Assembly (NCBI GenBank): GCA_965223415.1
Contig: OZ245002.1
Span: 2,240,001 to 2,304,000, forward strand
Length of the DNA stretch: 64,000 nucleotides
Reading direction: 5' to 3'
DNA from: Myxococcota bacterium
Lineage (GTDB): Bacteria > Myxococcota_A > UBA9160 > UBA6930
The position numbers were made by a program, and so were the translations under genes. The first letter of the stretch is position 1; each line of letters starts with the position of its first letter. Shown here one piece after another: positions 1 through 10,262 of the stretch. The notes beneath the pieces are model-generated. The model ran no database searches. It was not told the origin of the DNA and worked only from the letters and a program-made list of their open reading frames with translations.

Positions 1-2
1 TG

Positions 3-584
3 CGTCGCATCGAGAAGACCCTCGCCCAGCTCGCCGAGCAGCAGGACGCGATCTGCGCCGAGGTCGGGACCCTGCGCGCCCGCGTCGACGCACTCGCCGC
101 CGGCGATGCGCCCGCTTCCGACGCGCCCCGCGCCGCAGGGCGCGACGAGGTGCTCGCCTTCCTCGACCAGTTCCGCGCCGGCGAAGCCCTGGGCGAGGCC
201 TCCACGGGCGCGTGGCTCGCCGTCTCCGACGTCGACTGCGTGCGTGGCGGCCTGCGGGTCGTCCAGCAGCGCGAGGGCATGCACGCGCGCCTGCTGGAGG
301 AGCGCATCAAGCAGCTGGGTGGCACCTGCAGCTTCGAGATCCCGGACGCGATCCACAGCGCCGCCATGGCCGACGCCGGCGACGCGGCGAAGGGCGACGC
401 TGCCAAGGTGCTGGGCTTCGTCCAACGCTTCGGCGACGCGGACGCCGCCCTGGCCCCCCTTCACGAGCTGGCCGATCGCCTCGACGACGATCCCGAGACC
501 CAGAGCCTGCTGCGCAACATCGCCCTGGACGAGCGCGCGACCCTCGACTTCTTCAACGAAGCCTGCGCCCTGCTGAACGCCTGA
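3..584 (+). CDS. 5'-partial ferritin-like domain protein with an N-terminal coiled-coil segment
   Basis: The frame is open from the window edge (RRIEKTLAQLAEQQD...) to TGA at 584. ExxH (REGMH) and a C-terminal DE motif (LDERAT) in a helical pattern suggest a ferritin-like fold. Confidence 0.55.
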   Translation, partial: RRIEKTLAQLAEQQDAICAEVGTLRARVDALAAGDAPASDAPRAAGRDEVLAFLDQFRAGEALGEASTGAWLAVSDVDCVRGGLRVVQQREGMHARLLEERIKQLGGTCSFEIPDAIHSAAMADAGDAAKGDAAKVLGFVQRFGDADAALAPLHELADRLDDDPETQSLLRNIALDERATLDFFNEACALLNA

Positions 585-586
585 GC

Positions 587-1060
587 CTAGAGCAGCTCGG
601 CCGGGGCCGTGGGCTTCCACTGGGCCCACACGAGCCGCCACTCGCCGGCGTCTTCCTCCTCGAGGTCGACGTCGATCTGGTAGACGTTGCCGTGGAGGGT
701 GGTCGCGCCGCCTCCGCCGCGGGTGCCTCCGATGCCGGCGATCACCGTGACCTCCGCCTTCCCCGGGGAGACGATCAGCACGTCGCGCACCCGGAGCACC
801 ACGTGGCGGCTCGAGTTGCGCATGACGTGGAAGGCCACGTAGCGCCCGAGCGCCTGGCGATCGTGGCCGTGGGCGTCCTCGTAGCGCTCGGACACGAAGG
901 CCTTGAAGGCCGCGACGTCGCCTTCTTCCGCCGCGGCCTCGAGGGCGCCCAACGCCTGGCGGACGCGGGCCTCCGGCGTCTGCTCCGGGCCGCCGCACGC
1001 GACCAGGAGCCCCAGGCCCAGGAGCAGGCCGAGCCGCGCGACGGACGCCGAGGCACGCAT
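587..1060 (-). CDS. NTF2/SnoaL-like fold lipoprotein
   Basis: Lipobox LVAC after a hydrophobic stretch. The pattern 'EAAAEEGDVAAFKAFVSERY...GEWRLVWAQW' is typical of NTF2-like proteins. Confidence 0.7.
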   Translation of the reverse strand: MRASASVARLGLLLGLGLLVACGGPEQTPEARVRQALGALEAAAEEGDVAAFKAFVSERYEDAHGHDRQALGRYVAFHVMRNSSRHVVLRVRDVLIVSPGKAEVTVIAGIGGTRGGGGATTLHGNVYQIDVDLEEEDAGEWRLVWAQWKPTAPAELL

Positions 1061-1250
1061 TCCCTGCTCATCGGCACGCCCCTCGTCGGATGGAGCCGGC
1101 CGGCGCTCGCATTCGACGTTGCATGAGGTTCATTGGCCCCGGTGTGGGCCCTTGAGGGGGCGTCAGGCCGCTCCGGAGACACGATCGAGGCGAACGACGG
1201 GATTTCACCTCTCAGGTCAACCCTGGGTTCATCGATAAGGCGAACAACCC

Positions 1251-4052
1251 ATGGGTTCCGTACTCCGACTCACATTGCTGGTGGGCCCGTTGCTCCTGCT
1301 GGCCGGCCACCCCGCTGCCGCGCAGGTGTGCGCCGGCGGCCCCTCCGATCCCAACGTCACCGGGGCGAGTGGCTCGTTCACCGCCAGCGGTGGGAGCTGC
1401 GTGTGGGTCGGGCCGAGCGGCGCCGTGACCGGCCGCGTGCGCACCTCCGGCACCTACACGGTGACGAACGACGGGAACATCACGAACCCCGGCGGCCACG
1501 GAATCCTGGACACGACGAACGACACCACGGTCGTGAACCACGGGACGGTCGATTCCCGGAACGGCATCGACGTCCGCCATCGCAGCCAGGTCACCAACAC
1601 GGGAACCGTGCGCAGCGCCTTCCACGGCATCCGAACCCGAAACGACTCCGCGGTCGTGAACCGGGGCCTGGTCGACTCGGGCCGCATCGGCATCCTCATG
1701 AACCACCGCGCGAGCGCCACCAACCGCGGGACGATCCGGTCGGGCCACCACGGCATCCGGGTGCTCGACGACAGCCGAGTCGATCACGGCGGCACGATCG
1801 CCGCCGGCCGCTACGGGATCTACGCGCGCCACCGCTCGACGGTCACGGCGTCGGGCCGCATCACGTCGGGCTGGGACGGCATCCGCCTGATCGACGACGG
1901 CTTCGTGCGCAACGACGCGATCATCACTTCGAGCCGGCGGGGGATCTACACGCGCAACCGCGGGACGGTGGTGAACGACGGCCAGGTAGATTCCGTCCTC
2001 CGTGCGATCGAAGGCCAGAACGACACGACGGTGGTGAACCGCGGCGTCGCGCGGTCGAGTGCCCGAGAGGGCATCTACGCACGCAACCGCGCCAGCGTCG
2101 TGAACCGCGGAACGGCCCAGGGAACCATCGGCATTCTCCTGGCCGGAAACGATGGCAGCGTCGTGAACTCCGGGCGTGTCACCGGAACCTCGGGCACCGC
2201 GATCCGCTTCCTGGGCGGGACGAATCAGCTCGTGCTGCAGACCGGCTCGCAGATCCAGGGCGACGTGCGCGGCGGCTCCGGCACCGACAGCCTCTTCCTC
2301 GAAGGCAGCGGGCGCTACGGCGGCGCCTTCCTCGCCTTCGAGTCGCTGGTTCGGCGGGGCAGCGGCGTCTGGAACCTCGCCGGAACGTCGACGATCGCCG
2401 GGCCCGCCCTCGTGTCCGGCGGCGTGCTCCAGGTGGACGGCACCCTCGGCGCCGCGTCCTTCACGGTGGGCTCTGGGGGAACCCTGGCCGGCCGCGGGCG
2501 GGTCGTCTCCGACGTGGACGTCCGCGGTACCGTCGCTCCGGGGCAGCCCGGTGGCGTAGGCACCCTCCGGGTCCAGGGCGACGCCACCTTCCGCCGGGGC
2601 AGCCGCTTCGCCGTCGACGTGACGACCGGGGGCGCGGACCTGCTGCGGGTTTCGGGCCGAGCCGATCTGCGCGGCGGCACCGTCGTCGTTTCCCCGGGTA
2701 GCGGCACCTTCCGCGACGGGACGACCTACGACGTCCTGGTGGCCGGCGGTGGCCGCCGCGGAGAGTTCTCCGCCACCACGAGCACCGGCTCGCCGGTGCT
2801 GCGCTTCGAGACGCTCTACCCGAGCGGCCGCGTTCGGCTGCGCGTCCAACGCCTTCCCTTCGCGTCCCTCTCCGGTCTGACACCGAACCAGAGCAGCGTG
2901 GCCGGTGCCTTCGACCGCGCCGTCCAGTCCGGCTCGAGCCCTGCGACCGATGCGCTCACCGCCGCCCTCGACTTCCAGAGCGAAGAGGAGATCGCCGCGG
3001 CCCTGAGCTCCATGGACCCGGAGCTCTTCGACGTGTATCCCCAGCTCGCCGACCACTGGACCGAGCGACGCTTCCACGTCCTCGAGGAGCGTCTGCGGGA
3101 CGCCGCCCGCCCCCCGCGGCGCCTCGGCCAGGCCGAGGCCGTGGCCCCCGCGCCGGAGGAAGAAGCCGAGAACGCGGACGACCTGCCGGCCGTCTCCTCC
3201 GGAGAGCCTCGCACGCCCACTCTCTGGGCCAGTGGGCTCGGCCTGTTCGGCGACAAGCACGGCGGTCGCGACGTGACCGGCTATGACTTCGACGGCGCCG
3301 GCGCGATGATCGGCGGCGACCTGCCGCTCTCCGAGCGGCTGCGCCTGGGCCTCGCCGCGAGCTGGCAGGAGACCGACGTGCGCTTCGATCGAGCCGGCAG
3401 CGACGGCCAGGTGCTGAACCGCGGCCTCGCCCTGTACGGGAGCTTCGACCCCGCGGGCCCGCTCTTCGCCGACGTGATCGTGCAGCAGATGTGGAACCGC
3501 TACGAGACGGAGCGGCTCGTGACGATCGACGGCCCGCGACGCGCGACCTCGCGGCACGACGGCCGCACCTTCGCCGCCCAGGCCAGCACCGGGCTGCGCA
3601 TCGAAGCGCCGGCGCTCTCGGTCGAGCCGCGCCTCGGCCTGCGCTACGCGCGCCTCAGCCAGGACGGCTTCCGGGAGGAGGGCGCCGGCGCCTTCGGCCT
3701 GGCCGTCGACAGCCGCTCCAGCGACGGGCTCGAGAGCTTCGCCGGGCTGCGCCTCGCCACCCACCTTCGCTTCCTGGACGAGCGCCTCGAGCTCACACCG
3801 CAGATCCACGGAGAGTGGGCCCGGCAGTGGCTGAGCGACGACCGCCGCATCCGCGCGACCCTGCCGGACCTGGCGCAGACCTCCTTCAGCGTCCGCGGCG
3901 ACAGCCGCGCGCCCCAGCAGTGGTCCCTGGGTCTGGGCCTCGCCGGCCGCTGGAACGAGCGGCTGCGCTTCGAGCTCGGCTACGAGTTCCAGCGCGGTCG
4001 CGATCGGCTGCGGAGCCACGCCCTGGTCGGCGGCCTGGAGTGGAGCTTCTAG
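1251..4052 (+). CDS. Autotransporter (type Va) with repetitive beta-helix passenger
   Basis: Signal peptide (PAAA-Q), about 12 VVNxG..GI repeats, a passenger-associated strand-loop-strand repeat (GSGVWNLAGTSTIAGPALVSGGVLQVDG), and a C-terminal beta-barrel ending LEWSF. Confidence 0.9.
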   Translation: MGSVLRLTLLVGPLLLLAGHPAAAQVCAGGPSDPNVTGASGSFTASGGSCVWVGPSGAVTGRVRTSGTYTVTNDGNITNPGGHGILDTTNDTTVVNHGTVDSRNGIDVRHRSQVTNTGTVRSAFHGIRTRNDSAVVNRGLVDSGRIGILMNHRASATNRGTIRSGHHGIRVLDDSRVDHGGTIAAGRYGIYARHRSTVTASGRITSGWDGIRLIDDGFVRNDAIITSSRRGIYTRNRGTVVNDGQVDSVLRAIEGQNDTTVVNRGVARSSAREGIYARNRASVVNRGTAQGTIGILLAGNDGSVVNSGRVTGTSGTAIRFLGGTNQLVLQTGSQIQGDVRGGSGTDSLFLEGSGRYGGAFLAFESLVRRGSGVWNLAGTSTIAGPALVSGGVLQVDGTLGAASFTVGSGGTLAGRGRVVSDVDVRGTVAPGQPGGVGTLRVQGDATFRRGSRFAVDVTTGGADLLRVSGRADLRGGTVVVSPGSGTFRDGTTYDVLVAGGGRRGEFSATTSTGSPVLRFETLYPSGRVRLRVQRLPFASLSGLTPNQSSVAGAFDRAVQSGSSPATDALTAALDFQSEEEIAAALSSMDPELFDVYPQLADHWTERRFHVLEERLRDAARPPRRLGQAEAVAPAPEEEAENADDLPAVSSGEPRTPTLWASGLGLFGDKHGGRDVTGYDFDGAGAMIGGDLPLSERLRLGLAASWQETDVRFDRAGSDGQVLNRGLALYGSFDPAGPLFADVIVQQMWNRYETERLVTIDGPRRATSRHDGRTFAAQASTGLRIEAPALSVEPRLGLRYARLSQDGFREEGAGAFGLAVDSRSSDGLESFAGLRLATHLRFLDERLELTPQIHGEWARQWLSDDRRIRATLPDLAQTSFSVRGDSRAPQQWSLGLGLAGRWNERLRFELGYEFQRGRDRLRSHALVGGLEWSF

Positions 4053-4088
4053 GCGTCTAGCCGGGCCGGCGTCCGGCCGAAGAGCCGG

Positions 4089-4844
4089 GTGGAGCCCGTC
4101 GTGCCGCTTCCGCTTCTCCTCGTCTCCTGGTCCATGGTCGTCCTCGGCGCCCTGCTGGTGGTGCGCCTGGCGCGCGTCAGTGCCCGCGCACGTTCCCTGC
4201 CCGAGGCCCTGATGGCGCTCTTCTTCTTCGGCGGCGTCGGGGGCTATGCGATCCTGATGCTGCGCCCGACCCTCGACCTCCCGCCCGCTCCTCTCCGCAA
4301 CGGCGCCGAGCTCCTCTTCGTGCTCGCCCACGTCGCCGTGGTGCTCTTCACCTGGCGGGTGTTCCGGCCGGAGTCGCCCGCGGCGCGGGCGTTCGCTCTG
4401 CTCCTGGTCCTCGGCGGCGTGGCGTTCCAGCTGGGCAGCACCGCACTCGCCCTGCGTCTGGGACGTGAGGCGGCCCTCGCCACCACCGCCGGGTCCACCC
4501 TCTTCTGGATCGGCATCGCCCTGCGCGCCGCCGGCTTCGGCTGGGCCGCCATCGAGTCGATCGCCTATCACGGACGCGCCCGCCTGCAGTCCGCCCTCGG
4601 CCTGCTCGATCCCCTCACCGCCAACCGCTTCCTGCTCTTCGCCTGCTGGTCGGGGATGGCGGTGGTGCTGCTGACGCTGCGCATCTTCACACGGCTGGTG
4701 GTCGAGGCGGCAGGCCCCGACCAGCCGGCGTGGCTCGTGCTCGCCCAGCTGGTGCCGGGACTGGTCTGCGTCACCGCCGTGTGGCTCACCTTCGCGCCGC
4801 CGGGCTTCTACCGGCGCCGGGTTCTCGCCCGCGCGGCGCACTGA
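4089..4844 (+). CDS. Hypothetical multi-pass membrane protein (about 7 TM)
   Basis: Alternating hydrophobic segments and genome-like codon usage. No family recognised. Confidence 0.7.
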   Translation: MEPVVPLPLLLVSWSMVVLGALLVVRLARVSARARSLPEALMALFFFGGVGGYAILMLRPTLDLPPAPLRNGAELLFVLAHVAVVLFTWRVFRPESPAARAFALLLVLGGVAFQLGSTALALRLGREAALATTAGSTLFWIGIALRAAGFGWAAIESIAYHGRARLQSALGLLDPLTANRFLLFACWSGMAVVLLTLRIFTRLVVEAAGPDQPAWLVLAQLVPGLVCVTAVWLTFAPPGFYRRRVLARAAH

Positions 4845-4874
4845 CGTAGCATGGGGCCTCACGAGGAGGTTCCC

Positions 4875-5240
4875 ATGGACGGCATCTTCGCCATCGCGCC
4901 CCTGCTCGGGGCCGCCGCCGCCATCCTGCTTGGCGCCGTCGGGCTGCTGCGCCCCATGATCCTGGCCGAGGCCACCGGCATCACGACCTCCGGGCCCCAC
5001 GGGCTGAGCGAGCTGCGTGCCGTGTTCGGCGGCACCCTGGGCTCCCTCGGCCTCGTCTGCCTGGTCACCCGGGAGCCCGCAGCCTTCCTCGCGGCCGCCG
5101 CCGCGTTCTTCGGCGGGGGCGTGGCGAAGATCCTCTCGCTCGTGATCGATCGGCCCGAGCCGGGCAAGGTGATGCCGGGGCTGCTGCTCGATTTCTTCGT
5201 CGGCGCCGCACTCCTTACCGGCTACGCCGCCGCCGGCTGA
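4875..5240 (+). CDS. DUF4345-like small membrane protein
   Basis: GAGGAGG RBS before ATG 4875, a 'GLSELRAVFGG' motif and about 4 TM helices. Confidence 0.7.
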   Translation: MDGIFAIAPLLGAAAAILLGAVGLLRPMILAEATGITTSGPHGLSELRAVFGGTLGSLGLVCLVTREPAAFLAAAAAFFGGGVAKILSLVIDRPEPGKVMPGLLLDFFVGAALLTGYAAAG

Positions 5241-5246
5241 ACGCGC

Positions 5247-6698
5247 ATGGCGTTCGCACCCACCCTCGAGAGCCTGCGCACCCACGATGTGCCGAAGTGG
5301 TACCACGATGCGAAGCTCGGGATCTTCATCCACTGGAGCGTCTCCTCGGTGCCGGCCTTCGCGCCGCGCAGCGCCGGCATCGACGAGATCTTCGCCGGCA
5401 CCGCCGACCAGACCGATTCGCCCTACGCCGAGTGGTACTGGAACTCGCTCGAGCTCCCGGGCTCCGCCGTGCAGCGGCACCACCGCGAGACCTATGGCGA
5501 CCGTCCCTACGAGAGCTTCGCCGAGGGCTTCCGCAGCGGCCTCGAGCGCTGGCAGCCCGCCGCCTGGGCCGAGCACTTCCGCGCGGCCGGAGCGCGCTAC
5601 GTGGTGCAGGTGACGAAGCACCACGACGGCTTCTGTCTGTGGCCGAGCGCCGTTCTCCACCCGAACCCCCGGTGGAAAGGCTGGAACACGGGCCGCGACG
5701 TGGTGGCGGAGCTGGCCGCCGCGGTGCGCGGGGAAGGCCTGCGCTACGGCGTCTACTACTCCGGCGGCCTCGACTGGACCTTCGACCACCGGGTGGTGAA
5801 GGGGCTGGTCGACGTCCTCGCCGGCATGCCAGGCGGCGCCTACCCGGCCTACGCCGCCGCCCAGGTGCGCGAGCTCATCGAGCGGGTCGCCCCGGACGTG
5901 CTGTGGAACGACATCAGCTGGCCCGACGTTCCCGCCCGGCTCTGGCGACTCCTGGCTCACTACTACAACGCCGTGCCCGAAGGCGTGATCAACGACCGCT
6001 GGCTCACGCGAAGCTGGCTGATTCCCCTGCTCCGCCTGGGCCCGGTGAACCGCCTCGCCGAGGCCCTGCTCGTGCGCCAGCTGGGGAAGACCGGCGGCAT
6101 GCTGGCGCCCCCCGCACCGCCGGTGTGCGACTACCGCACGCCCGAGTACGCTTCCTTCCCCGACATCCAGGCGAAGAAGTGGGAGTGCGTGCGGGGCATC
6201 GACAAGAGCTTCGGCTACAACCGCGCGTCCCTGCCCGAGGACTTCCTCGGCAAAGAGGACCTGATCCACTCCTTCGTCGACCTGGTGAGCAAGAACGGCA
6301 ACCTGCTCCTGAACGTGGGACCTCGCGGCGAGGACGCTCAGATCCCCGACGTGCAGCTCGAGCGCCTGCGCTGGCTCGGCGCCTTCCTCGACCAGAACGG
6401 CGAGGGCATCTACGACACCCGGCCGTGGACCCGCGCCGAGGGCACCACGCGGGAGGGCGTGCCGGTGCGTTTCACCCGCAAGGGCGCGAACGTCTACGCC
6501 TTCTTGCTGGGCCGTCCCGAAGGAGCCTTCGTCACGTTCCGCGACCTGCCCGTGCCCGAAGGCTCGCTGCTGCGCTGGCTCGGCGCGCCGGCGGTGGCGG
6601 GCGTGGAGCGACTCGGCGCGGACGTGCGCGTGCCGTTGCCGGATCCGTCGTCGGGAGAGGTGGCGCGGGCGTTCGCGATCGAAACGGGCGGGCGCTGA
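5247..6698 (+). CDS. Alpha-L-fucosidase (GH29), no signal peptide
   Basis: Motifs WYHDAKLGIFIHW, YAEWY, TKHHDGFCLW, LWND (nucleophile), INDRW and VSKNGNLLLNVGP. Confidence 0.92.
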   Translation: MAFAPTLESLRTHDVPKWYHDAKLGIFIHWSVSSVPAFAPRSAGIDEIFAGTADQTDSPYAEWYWNSLELPGSAVQRHHRETYGDRPYESFAEGFRSGLERWQPAAWAEHFRAAGARYVVQVTKHHDGFCLWPSAVLHPNPRWKGWNTGRDVVAELAAAVRGEGLRYGVYYSGGLDWTFDHRVVKGLVDVLAGMPGGAYPAYAAAQVRELIERVAPDVLWNDISWPDVPARLWRLLAHYYNAVPEGVINDRWLTRSWLIPLLRLGPVNRLAEALLVRQLGKTGGMLAPPAPPVCDYRTPEYASFPDIQAKKWECVRGIDKSFGYNRASLPEDFLGKEDLIHSFVDLVSKNGNLLLNVGPRGEDAQIPDVQLERLRWLGAFLDQNGEGIYDTRPWTRAEGTTREGVPVRFTRKGANVYAFLLGRPEGAFVTFRDLPVPEGSLLRWLGAPAVAGVERLGADVRVPLPDPSSGEVARAFAIETGGR

Positions 6699-6799
6699 GA
6701 GGGCGATCGAGGCGGCACCGCTGGCGAGTGCCGGGCGACTTGCGGAACATCTGCGACCTTCTCTCGACGGGCCCTGGCGCCCGTGAAGGTCCATCCCAC

Positions 6800-8653
6800 G
6801 TGCGCATCCTCCTCCTCGTTGCCGGGCTCCTCGTTGCGGGCTGCGCCACGCCCGTTGGCGTGCAGAGAGCTGATCCCCACGACCTCCGCCTGGAGCTGGC
6901 GCGCAGCATCCTCACCGGCGACGAGCCCAGCTCGCGCAGTCGGCAGCTCCTGGACCGGCTGGCGCTGGAGGACACCTGGGACGATGCGCCGGCGGACGCG
7001 CTCGAGGCGATCCGCTCGGGGCTTGGCGGCCCGGACGAGCCGGAGCGCCTGCTCGGACTGGCGGAGCTCTCGTTTGCCCTCGCCGATCGCAGCCGGGACT
7101 CCCTCTGGTACCGGGCGGCCGCCCTCGCCGCCTACGCCTACCTGTTTCCGGAGGAGGGTCACGCCCCGCCGAACGCCTTCGATCCCGGCCTGCGGTTGGC
7201 CGCCGAGCTCCACAACCGGGGGCTGGCGCTGGGCCTCTCGAGCCAGGCGCGCGCCGATCTCTCGGTGGTGGAGAGCCGCTGGGCGCTTCCCTACGGCGCG
7301 ATCACCCTCACGTACGATCGCAGCCAGCTCGGCTGGTCCGGCTACGTGGTGACCGGCGCCGTGCCGAGCTCGGAGCTCCGGGTGCGCGGGCTTCGCAATC
7401 GCTACCGCCGGGTCGGCATCGGTGCGCCGCTCTCGGCCACCGTCGAACGGGTGGAAGGCGACGCCGCCGGCCATCGCATCGGACGTCAGGCGAAGGTTCC
7501 CGTCACGGCGCTGCTGCGCTTCGTCCGCCCCCGCGAAGCCGTGCGCACGGGCGAGGCCGAAGGCGCACTCGAGGTCTACGTGATGGACCGGGAGAAGGAG
7601 GTGGAGATCGCCGGGCGTACGGTGCCGCTCGAGTACGAGCCCACCGCCGCGCTGGCCTTCGGCCTCCAGAACCCGGAGCTGTGGAGCTTCGAGCTGGGAG
7701 GCTTCTTCAGCGGCGACCTGAACCCCTTCGCGGAGCTGGAGGACGGCCTCGTCCTGCTGCATCCCTACCGCCCCGGCCGCGTGCCCGTGGTGCTCGTCCA
7801 CGGCACCGCGTCCACGCCGGGACGCTGGGCCGAGCTCGTGAACGAGCTGCTGGGCGATCCCACCCTTGCCGACCGCATCCAGATCTGGCTCTTCCTCTAC
7901 AACACGGGCAGCCCGATCCTCTACTCGGGCAGCCAGCTTCGCGAGGCGCTGCGCGACACGATCGCCGGCCTCGATCCGGCGGGTCGCGACCCGGCCTTGC
8001 AGCAGACCGTCGTCGTGGGCCACAGCCAGGGCGGGCTGCTGAGCAAGCTCCTCGTGGTGAGCTCGGGCGACGCGTTCTGGAGGAACTTCGCCGACCGGAA
8101 GCCCGAGGCCCTCGACCTCGATCGCGACACCCGCGAGCTCTTCTCCCGCACGTTCTTCTTCGAGCCTCTACCCTTCGTGCGCCGTGTCGTGTACGTGGCG
8201 ACACCCCATGCCGGCAGCTTCCGGGCGCGCACGTGGATCGCGGGCTGGATCAGCAGCCTGATTACGCTGCCCCTTGATCTCACCCTGCGCACCGCCGAGG
8301 TGCTCACCCGCAATGACGACTTCCGGCTCCGCAACCGTCTCGATCGCATGACCACGAGCATCGACAACATGCGGCCCGGAAACCGCTTTCTCCGGGCCCT
8401 CGCCTCCCTACGGGAGCGGGACGGAGTGCGTACGCACTCGATCATCGCCATCGACGGCGAGGGCCCGCCCGCCGGCCAGAACGACGGCGTCGTCACCTAC
8501 GAGAGCGCCCACAAGCCCGACGCGGCCTCCGAGCGGATCGTCCGATCCGGCCACTCGGTGCAGGGGCATCCCCATGCGATCGAAGAGGTGAAGCGCATCC
8601 TGTACGAGAACCTGGGCGAGCTCGACGCGGGGCTCGCGGAGGCGGGGCCGTGA
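6800..8653 (+). CDS. Alpha/beta hydrolase (lipase/esterase-like) lipoprotein
   Basis: GTG 6800 precedes lipobox VAGC. Motifs VVLVHG, GHSQGG nucleophile elbow, ATPHAGS, NDGVV and GHS. Confidence 0.85.
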   Translation: MRILLLVAGLLVAGCATPVGVQRADPHDLRLELARSILTGDEPSSRSRQLLDRLALEDTWDDAPADALEAIRSGLGGPDEPERLLGLAELSFALADRSRDSLWYRAAALAAYAYLFPEEGHAPPNAFDPGLRLAAELHNRGLALGLSSQARADLSVVESRWALPYGAITLTYDRSQLGWSGYVVTGAVPSSELRVRGLRNRYRRVGIGAPLSATVERVEGDAAGHRIGRQAKVPVTALLRFVRPREAVRTGEAEGALEVYVMDREKEVEIAGRTVPLEYEPTAALAFGLQNPELWSFELGGFFSGDLNPFAELEDGLVLLHPYRPGRVPVVLVHGTASTPGRWAELVNELLGDPTLADRIQIWLFLYNTGSPILYSGSQLREALRDTIAGLDPAGRDPALQQTVVVGHSQGGLLSKLLVVSSGDAFWRNFADRKPEALDLDRDTRELFSRTFFFEPLPFVRRVVYVATPHAGSFRARTWIAGWISSLITLPLDLTLRTAEVLTRNDDFRLRNRLDRMTTSIDNMRPGNRFLRALASLRERDGVRTHSIIAIDGEGPPAGQNDGVVTYESAHKPDAASERIVRSGHSVQGHPHAIEEVKRILYENLGELDAGLAEAGP

Positions 8654-9132
8654 GGAAGGGGCTGCTGGTCGCGGGGCTCGCCACGTTCGCAGCGGCGGCC
8701 GCGCAGGCCCGGGAGCCGGCGCCCCGCGATCTTCACGCCGCGGAGATCAACGAGCGCGCCCGCGCCGGCATCGAAGCGAGCGTGCGCGACAACACGCGAG
8801 CGATCGACGACGGTGTGATCCGCCGCATCGGCAACCCGAACGTCCTGCCGGGAATCCGCCACGAGCGCAGGCTGGAGGAGGACCTGGCAGCGATGCGCCG
8901 CACGGAGCGCTGGCGGCGCATCGAGCTCGAGGCCGCGGGCCTCGGCCCGACGACGCGACGCGTGCTCGAGGAGAGCCGCATCGAGCTGTGGGTGCGCGAG
9001 CGGAAGCGCGGCGTCGAGGTCGGGCTGGACGCCCTGGAAGAGGGAGCCGGGGGCGAAGGCTCCGATCGACCGGCGCTGGAGGATTTCCTGCCTCGCGTGC
9101 CCGGCGTGGCCGCGCCGACACCGCACCGCTAG
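8650..9132 (+). CDS. Hypothetical exported protein
   Basis: GTGA overlap with the upstream gene and a signal-peptide-like N-terminus (AAAQA). Confidence 0.55.
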   Translation: MRKGLLVAGLATFAAAAAQAREPAPRDLHAAEINERARAGIEASVRDNTRAIDDGVIRRIGNPNVLPGIRHERRLEEDLAAMRRTERWRRIELEAAGLGPTTRRVLEESRIELWVRERKRGVEVGLDALEEGAGGEGSDRPALEDFLPRVPGVAAPTPHR

Positions 9133-9181
9133 CCACGCAGCACCGCGGCCTATACTCCCGCCCCCGCCAAGAGAGGAAGCC

Positions 9182-10258
9182 ATGCCCAACTCCCGCGCGC
9201 TGCGGCTCGCCTTCGCATTGACTCTCGCGATCGCCTGCAAGGAAGCGGAGGCTCCCGAGCCCGAGATCGTTCGCCCGATCAAGATCCTCGAGATCGGCGA
9301 CACCGGCGGCAGCGGACGACGCGAGTTCCCCGGCACCATCTCGGCGGCGACGAGCGCCGAGCTGGCGTTCGAGGTGCCCGGGAAGCTCACCGAATTCCCC
9401 ATCCACGAAGGCGAGGAGGTGGAGGCGGGCAGCGTGCTGGCGCGGATCGATCCGCGCGATTACGAGAATCGCCTGGCCAAGGCGCGGGCCCAGCGAAACG
9501 ACGCGCGCACCGAGTTCGAGCGCGCGAAGAAGCTCTTCGAGCAGGGCGTCTCGGCGGAGGCCGAGAGGGATCGCCGGCAGCGCACCCTGGAGGTGGCCGA
9601 GGCCGATCTCGACGAGGCGCGGAAGGCGGTCGAGGACACGATCCTGCGGGCTCCCTTCGCCGGGACGGTGGCGAGGAAGCTGGTCCATGACTTCGAGAAC
9701 GTCCAGGCCAAGCAGCCCGTCGTGCTGCTGGAGGACGACACGAGCCTGGAGATCGTGGTCGACATCCCCGAACGGGACATCGCCCAGGGCGGGAACCCGC
9801 GCGCCGACGATGCCGAGCTCAGCCGCCTGCTGGGGCCCGAGGTCTCGCTCACCGCGCTCCCGGATCGGCGCTTCCCGGCCCGGGTGAAGGAGTTCTCCAC
9901 GGCCGCCGATCCGGACACGCGCACCTTCCGCGGCACCCTGGCGTTCGACCCGCCGAGCGACACGCGCGTTCTCCCCGGGATGACGGCGAAGGTCTCGATC
10001 CGCCCGCCGCGGTCCTTCGCTCCGGACGCAGCGCTCGAGGTGCCGGCTCGCGCCGTCCGTGCCGACGACGCGGGCGCCTCCTTCGTGTGGATCGTCGATC
10101 CGAGCACGATGGTCGTCTCCCCCCGCAGCGTCTCCCTGGGCGCGCTCGTCGAGGATCGGGTCCAGGTGATCTCGGGCCTCCGCTCGGGCGACTGGCTGGC
10201 CGTCTCCGGCGTCCATCAGCTCCGCGAGGGGATGCAGGTCTCCCGGATGGGCGACTGA
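9182..10258 (+). CDS. RND efflux periplasmic adaptor (MFP) lipoprotein
   Basis: Lipobox AIAC, lipoyl halves (LAFEVPGKL..., LRAPFAGTV), PGMTAKV and a C-terminal SGLRSGD. Confidence 0.93.
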   Translation: MPNSRALRLAFALTLAIACKEAEAPEPEIVRPIKILEIGDTGGSGRREFPGTISAATSAELAFEVPGKLTEFPIHEGEEVEAGSVLARIDPRDYENRLAKARAQRNDARTEFERAKKLFEQGVSAEAERDRRQRTLEVAEADLDEARKAVEDTILRAPFAGTVARKLVHDFENVQAKQPVVLLEDDTSLEIVVDIPERDIAQGGNPRADDAELSRLLGPEVSLTALPDRRFPARVKEFSTAADPDTRTFRGTLAFDPPSDTRVLPGMTAKVSIRPPRSFAPDAALEVPARAVRADDAGASFVWIVDPSTMVVSPRSVSLGALVEDRVQVISGLRSGDWLAVSGVHQLREGMQVSRMGD

Positions 10259-10262
10259 CGTC

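Noticed and set aside
1210..1256. Small hairpins upstream of the autotransporter (TGGGTT...AACCCA) as a possible riboswitch
   Set aside because: Stems are short and no aptamer consensus was recognised.
1212..6794. 1860-aa minus-strand ORF and other very long antisense or alternate-frame ORFs (e.g. 58977-63986, 33095-36148, 9849-12689)
   Set aside because: Shadow ORFs of high-GC genes. They are Arg/Gly/Pro-rich or antisense-like, have no motifs, and overlap well-supported genes.
5297..6799. Apparent 500-aa N-terminal extension of the hydrolase ORF
   Set aside because: It overlaps the fucosidase in another frame. The real start is GTG 6800, which is followed by a lipoprotein signal.
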